A DNA stretch of 64,000 nt, taken from the human T2T-CHM13v2.0 reference genome, Homo sapiens. The DNA lies in NCBI RefSeq assembly GCF_009914755.1, contig NC_060945.1, one strand, 5' to 3'. The notes beneath the pieces were generated by a model, which was not told where the DNA came from, did not search any database, and worked only from the letters and a program-made list of their open reading frames with translations. Within the stretch, counting starts at the first letter, position 1. Each line of letters opens with the position of its first letter. This document shows, one piece after another, positions 57,379 to 64,000 of the stretch. The position numbers and the translations under genes were made by a program.

Positions 57379-58265
57379 TAATTTTATGTATATTCCAAGT
57401 CAGAATACATCCTATTTTTGAATATTTGATGACTTTAGGATACTATATTAACTCTTAATTGAATTAATACAAGTTTAGGTGTAAAGATGAAGTTTATGTT
57501 GACAAAAATTATTAATGTTTTACATATATGAAAGTAACAATATCATATATTTTTCATACTTGTACAATACTTTGAAATCTATTATTAGCTAATATTTTAT
57601 ATTCATTTTGGGTTTTCACATTATTGTTAGATCCAGAGAAAAGTAATATTGTGTGAATACTCAAATCATAAACATTTTGCTGGATGCATTCATAGATACT
57701 TTATTTAAAAAGTACACTAATTGAAGTTTTACACCATTTTATGATTCATCAAACACAGCAACTGAATACTGGCTTATAGCAACATTACAGATGATGTTAG
57801 TCTAAGATAAAACTCATAACACATTTTAAAAAGGGTAAAAGGAAGGAAAGGAAAAAGGATACAAGGCTGTAGAAAGATTTTAAAAACAAACGTCGTATGT
57901 CTGAACCTTTGCCTGGAGTTTCATATTTTGTGAAAAGCAGTTTGTAAGTAGAGGACTCGTAAGTGCACCTAGTACACTGCAATGGCACAGACACGGCAGA
58001 TAGTCAATAAAATGATCTTTAACTTCTGATCTAGGTTATTTTTGTTGTTGTTCATGTATTAACCTAGTGAAACTCAGCCAATAGCTGTAGTGGCATTGAC
58101 CTGTACAACTTCCAAAATCCCATCCAACCTTAGTGTCCTCTGAAGTTCTCCATAACTTATTGTCTGTTCCAACCAACATTTAGCATAAGCTACAGCTTAT
58201 ATTGTTAATAATTCTTCTATGTTTATGTGCTGATTTGCAAATAAATGGGCCTATATAGTCTTTAT

Positions 58266-59570
58266 CTAGTGTTGGATTGGGATCAAAAGTTTCATGAAAT
58301 CATTGTTTTTAGTATACGTACAGATGGATAATCGTATAAATAAGTACAGATGTGTATAAATGTGTGAGTATACATACATATATTTTCTAGCTCCTCTAAC
58401 AAAAGGGCCTAGAAACAACATCATCCCAGTAACAATGAGAACACCATTCTCCAATTAAAGGAACCAAGGCTCCTTGGGGACATATTTGATATCAGGATTG
58501 GGCAGGGAAAATACAAGATTAGTTTGAAATATTTTGTCATGTTAGGAAGTAAGGAAATGCTCACAAAATGGGGAAAATGTGAAAGGGAAACAGATCCACT
58601 TTGAATAAACTTCCATAGCCAAATTTGAGAAAATTGGGGCAATAAAATAGATAACAATAATAATATATTACAATCTACAGGAGAAAATTTTCAATTAATC
58701 CAGGCCAGGTGCAGTTGCTCATGCCTGTATTCCCAGCCCTTTGGGAGGCAGAGACGGGCAGATCACTTGAGGTCAGGAGTTCAAGACCAGCCTGACCAAT
58801 GTGGTGAATCCCTGCCTCTACTAAAAATACAAAAATTAGCCGGGCATGGTGGCACATGCCTGTAGTCCCAGCTACTCCTGAGGCTGATGCAGGAGAATGG
58901 CTTGAATCCCGGAAGGTGGAAGTGCAGTGAGCGGAAATCGCACCATTGCACACCAGCCTGGATGACAAAACAAGACTCCAACTCAAAAAAAATTCCATAT
59001 TGACATAAATAATAAACCAAAGATTGAGAGTGGGTAGTATTTTATTACAGTAAGATTTCATTAAATGTAGGAGACATAAAATATAAGAATCATCACTTTG
59101 CAAATATCATAGTAATAATTGTTGCAAGAAAGAACCTTGGAGGAATGCTAAGATTAGTGGTGAATATATGTTGGGAAAGAACATATTTGCATAATATGAA
59201 AGTATCTTCCCACAAGATAATTATAGAATAGTAACTTCAAAGTGGAGATGTCAACTTAGCCAAGTGATCAAAGTTAACATTACTAATAATAAGATAAATG
59301 AACTTCATGTAATTTCTTATATGATGCACTGAGTAGGACAAAACATCAATTCTATGGTATTCTTAGACAAAATGTATAACTTTAGTCCTAACCGTGAGAA
59401 AACATCAGACTAACTGAAATTGAGGAGGGACATTCTACAAAATAACTGCCAGTATTCATCAAAAGTATTTTAGAAAGACTGAGGAATTCTCCAGAGACAA
59501 GGAGGCATGTTATCTAAGTGCAATGGAGAACATGCATTGTATCATGAACCAGAGATGGACAACAGTAGGA
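58266..59570 (+). mobile_element. L1MC/MD-type 3' region, with AluS inserted at 58702-58992
   Basis: gggcctagaaacaacatcatcccagtaacaatgag, gagggacattctacaaaataactg. Confidence 0.6.
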
Positions 59571-60260
59571 TATGTACAATAACACCCCAACATTTGAACA
59601 TTAAACAAAATACTTCAGAAAAACCCATTGGCCAAGAAAAGTTTCACACACACACAAATAGTTTAAACTGAAAGAAAATTTTTTAAAAACTTAATAAAAT
59701 GTGGGATGCAGATAAATCGTTCCTTAAAGGTACATTTATAGATGTAATATATTGAAAATAAAAGGCTTCAATCAATGACCTTTAGGCTCTTTTTTAAGAG
59801 GCTAAAAAATAAGCAAAGTATATCCAAATTAAGAAGAAGGAAGATGATAAAGATAAAAATGTAAACCAACAACATAGCAAATAACAAAAGGTGGAGCTAA
59901 TTAATATACCCACAAATTGGTTCTTTGAAAAAAATTTTTTTAATAAACAATGGCTAGCAAGATTTATCTCGAAAAAAATTAGAGAAGCTACATAATGTAG
60001 ATAATGGGAATTAAATAGAGGATGTAACTACAGAACCTACAGACATCAATATAATTATGAAAACTTTAGGCCAATACATTTGACAATTAAAATAACATGG
60101 GAAATTATTTGTAAAACTAATTCTTAAAACTAATGCAAAATGAAATAGAAAAAGTAATAGCTTCTCTATGTATTGAAGAATTTTTTTAATTTAAAAAGAT
60201 TTCTATAATTACAGGCTACATGCTTTCTCAGGTGAATTCTATCAAACATTTAAGAAAGTA

Positions 60261-60606
60261 CAGAGAGTCCTCAACTTACAGTGGTTTGACTTGTGCTCTT
60301 CTTACTTGATAATGGTGCTTTCATCTGTGTACGTTAATGATGAGCATCAATATGACCAGTTTTTCACTATCAGTATAGTTTTCAATAAATTTCATGAGAT
60401 ACTCAATATTTTAAAATGGGCCTTGTGGTAGATGATTTTGCCCAATTGTAGGATAATGTAAGTGTTCTGAGCAAGTTTAAGGTAGGCGAGGCTAAGTCAT
60501 GATATTCAGTAGGTTAAATATATTAAATGCGTTTTAGACTTACAATATTTTCAATTTAGGATGAGTTCATTAAGACATAAAACAATTGTAAGTTGAGGAG
60601 TATCTA
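60261..60606 (-). mobile_element. Tigger-family MITE (Tigger3a-like) with terminal inverted repeats and TA target duplication
   Basis: ta|cagagagtcctcaacttac ... gtaagttgaggagtatcta|ta; ~346 bp. Confidence 0.8.
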
Positions 60607-60651
60607 TAACATCAATCTTGAACGGACTCTTTTTAAGAAATAGAATTTAAG

Positions 60652-60955
<304 letters not shown>

Positions 60956-62789
60956 ATTTAAAGGGACATTTCCTATCTTATTTTATGAACCCAGTATTGC
61001 CGATTCCAAATCGAGACAAAGGCATTATACAACTTTGATGTTTATCCCTCATAAACATAGACTCAAAAGTCCTTAAAACATAATAACCAATTGAATGTAG
61101 CAGTACATAGAATGGATAATAAACTGTGAACAAATTAAATTTCTAGCAAGATTGCAAAGTTAATTTATTATTTGAAAGATCAGTTTAATCAATTTTATTC
61201 ACCTGGATGGTTACATCTGGCAAAACTCAGCAAACTGTGCACTTTAAAATAGTATTTATTTTATGTAAATTATGTTTCAATACAATTGATTTTTTAAGAA
61301 AAAAAAACGTTTCCCAGAGTGATCAAAGTGGAGGGCAGGGAACAGTAAACATCAGTGCTTATGTTATAGCTACTAGAAGCCTCCCAATTCCAACGACATG
61401 CTTTCAAGCAGGTCTGATCCTTCCCCTGGAGGATACCTCTGACCCAGGTGTGCTACAAATGTATTGCCCCTAGTTGCTTCTGTCACCTTAGTGATGGAAG
61501 TGACAAGAGGGTACTGGAGAAAGAAAAGGTGTACAAGGTTCCAAATGTACATTCTATTTCCAAAGGACATTTGTGAAGCCAGTGGAAAGCGAACAAACAA
61601 GCTGCTAAATAAGTCACAAGTGTGTTCTCGTACAGTTTTGCGATTAACTAAATAGGACATTCAACAGATAAAATTTGTTTTACATAGTTACTCCTCTAAC
61701 AGGATGAAGTTGTGGATTGTGAGATAGGGCTGATATAACCTGTTTTCTCTCTGCCTCTTTTTTTTCCCCCAAGTTTTGTGTGCAATACATTAGGAAAAAT
61801 ATAATTGGGCTACAAAGCTACAAAAATGGCTTCCTGGAAGTTCCATGCTTGTTTCCATGTGGTGCCTATGTTAGGCACTGTGTTCTCATTTGCACTTTCC
61901 TACTTGATTAGTTAATGTATGAAGGACAAGCCTGATCTCTACTGTGAATTTTTACCAAGGTATTCTAGTAGAAAAATGAGTATGTAATGGTGCTGTGGAA
62001 TGCTAAAGTGTGTAAAACATTAAGAATCTAAAAATATGCTCATTTCCAAGTTTTGTCCCAGAGCAACTGTGCACTCTGATTATATCGCTACTGCTATTTA
62101 AAGTTATCCATTTGCATGTCTAAAAAATAGATTCATACTGATTGTCCCATTTTGATCTCAAAAAACTCCTGAATATGAGAGTCGTGATCAAGGGACGCTT
62201 CATGAAATGTTCCAAAGTTAAAGTGTGCAATGAAACCAGATTTATCATAGCCTTATTTAAAATAATTATTTCTAAAATTGTTATTGTTTAATTATAAACG
62301 GTATCCTTTCAGGATACTTGGAAGATCCATAGCAGTGTTTTTATTTTCACAGAACAAGCATAAATTATTTATGAAATAATAACTCAGATACAGAGATTAC
62401 TTCCTATTGGCCTTACATATGAATATAAATAAATACATATTATGAACATGAGCATACTTATTTTATAATTATGTAAACGCGTGTGTAATGTTATATATAA
62501 GTTCAATAAAGTCATGCTTATACATGGTTTCAATTCATGCTTCTAAAAACCACTCAATGTAGTCATTATCATATGTTAATAAATAATCTCTGAAAATGTG
62601 CTTCTAGTAGTTGCACAATATCCCATCATAAAGATTGTCATGCTGTTTTTAAGTCATACTTTTGGGTATATAAGTTATATCTGATATTTTTCTGCTACAT
62701 ATATACTATTATAAATCTATTAGTAGCTGATTTTTTGTCAACACATATGATTGTTTCCTCACAATAGTACAAGAGTTGGTTGTAACTTT

Positions 62790-63408
62790 ATTTCCTTCCA
62801 ACATTTATTTTAGGTTCAGCGGGTACATGTGCAGGTTTATTATACGGGTAAAATGTGTGTCAATGGGATTTGGTATACAGATTACGTAGTCATCCAGGTA
62901 GCGAACGTAGTATCTAATAGGGAGTTTTTTGATCCTCACTCTCCCCCGACCCTCCACCCACAGTAGACCTTGTGTCTATTTTTCCCTTCTCTGTGTCCAT
63001 GTGGACTCAATGTTTAGCCCCCACTTATAAGTGAGAACATGCAGTGTTTGTGTGGTTTTCTGTTCCTGCATTAATTCACTTAGAATAATGGTATCCAGCT
63101 CCAATCATGTTGCTGCAAAAGACATTATTTCATCCTATGTTATAGGTGTGTAGTATTCCATGGTGTATGTACGCTGCATTTTTTTAATCCAGTCTTCTGT
63201 TAACAGGCATCTAAGTTGATTCCGTGTCTTTGCTATTGTGAATAGTGTTATAATGAAAATATGCGTACATATGTCTATGACAGAATGATTTATATTCCTT
63301 TGGGTATATACCCAATAATGGGATTGCTGGGTTGAATGGTAGTTCTGTTTTAAGTTATTTCAGAAATCTCCAAACTGCTTTCCACAATGGCTGAACAAAT
63401 TTACATTC
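62790..63408 (-). mobile_element. L1PA (older subfamily) 3' end, antisense
   Basis: ttttattttaggttcagcgggtacatgtgcagg ... ataagtgagaacatgcag ... gggattgctgggttgaatgg. Confidence 0.88.
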
Positions 63409-63409
63409 C

Positions 63410-64000
63410 TGACGAAACTGGAGACTTCCCTGACTCCCCTTGGCAGGATGTGCAACAGGGGTGTGGCTTGTCTGGCCACGGTGTGTGCTGTCAAACCCCT
63501 TACTGGTCTGGGAAGCATGCAGACAGGCAGGTGCAATAGGCAGGGCAAGTGGCCATGGTACTGTCTACGGGTGGGTTCCTGCGACTCCCACAGCCCAAGT
63601 GGGCATGTGTTACAGTGCACTCTTTTAGCTTTGCCATCCACAGACGGCTTAAGTGTTAACCTGTTCAGTGCCCTCTTGGTACCCAGTTCCTTGTCCAGCA
63701 TCCAGAAAGAATTAAGTTGCACACAGACTTGAGGATGGTGAATGTGGGGGTTTTATTGAGTGGTGGAGGTGGCACTCAATGGGATGGATGGGAAGCTGGA
63801 AAGGGGATGGAATGGGAAGATGATCTTCCCCAGGAGCTTTGCCATCCAGAGGCTGATCTCTCCAACCACTGCCAGCCAAACTCCTCTTGGCATTCAGATG
63901 CTCCTTCTCTTCTTTCTGCCACATCATTCTGCAATTCTGCTCTTCTGTTCATCTCCTCATCTGCTTGTCTGCTTCTGGAGCCTGGGGTCTGGGGCATATA
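63410..64000. mobile_element. MER52-like ERV1 LTR inserted in L1 (runs off the window)
   Basis: tgacgaaactggagacttccctgactccccttggcaggatgtgcaacaggggtgtggc; gcatccagaaagaattaagttgcacacagacttgagg. Confidence 0.7.

Noticed and set aside
61290-62700. Unique AT-rich segment, possibly a 3'UTR or pseudogene from the duplicon
   Set aside because: Could not assign a parent gene from sequence alone

Overview
Primate (human or great-ape) pericentromeric/acrocentric-type segmental-duplication mosaic; no conventional intact protein-coding gene is recognisable. Left to right: old L1/LTR debris (1-9.1 kb); a HERV-K HML-1-type provirus (LTR14-like) interrupted by a HERV-K HML-3-type provirus (MER9 LTR, gag-pro-deleted pol; 9.1-14.9 kb); an Alu-riddled MER4-group ERV internal region (15.2-22.2 kb); an L1PA 5' end that appears to have been spliced before insertion (22.2-23.5 kb); three copies (one inverted, two tandem, period 6278 bp) of the ~6.3-kb ACRO1 composite unit (23.5-37.5 kb); gamma-satellite II, TAR1 and a degenerate interstitial telomere (37.5-40.75 kb); L1s with a GC-rich island; two tandem GTF2I first-coding-exon relics; and Alu/L1/LTR-rich sequence to the end. 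The main observation is that the ACRO1 unit is built like a gene. It has a DUX4-type motif, GC box, TATA and Inr at -31 spacing, and a first ATG opening a Ser/Pro-rich ORF. Each 147-bp monomer translates to 7 degenerate heptads in the RNA polymerase II CTD register (YSPTSPS-like), followed by a unique His/Cys/Arg tail (994 aa when reconstructed). One copy is open for 716 codons and gains a hydrophobic tail from antisense L1. Repeat family names come from recalled consensus sequences, not a database search, and boundaries are approximate unless stated.
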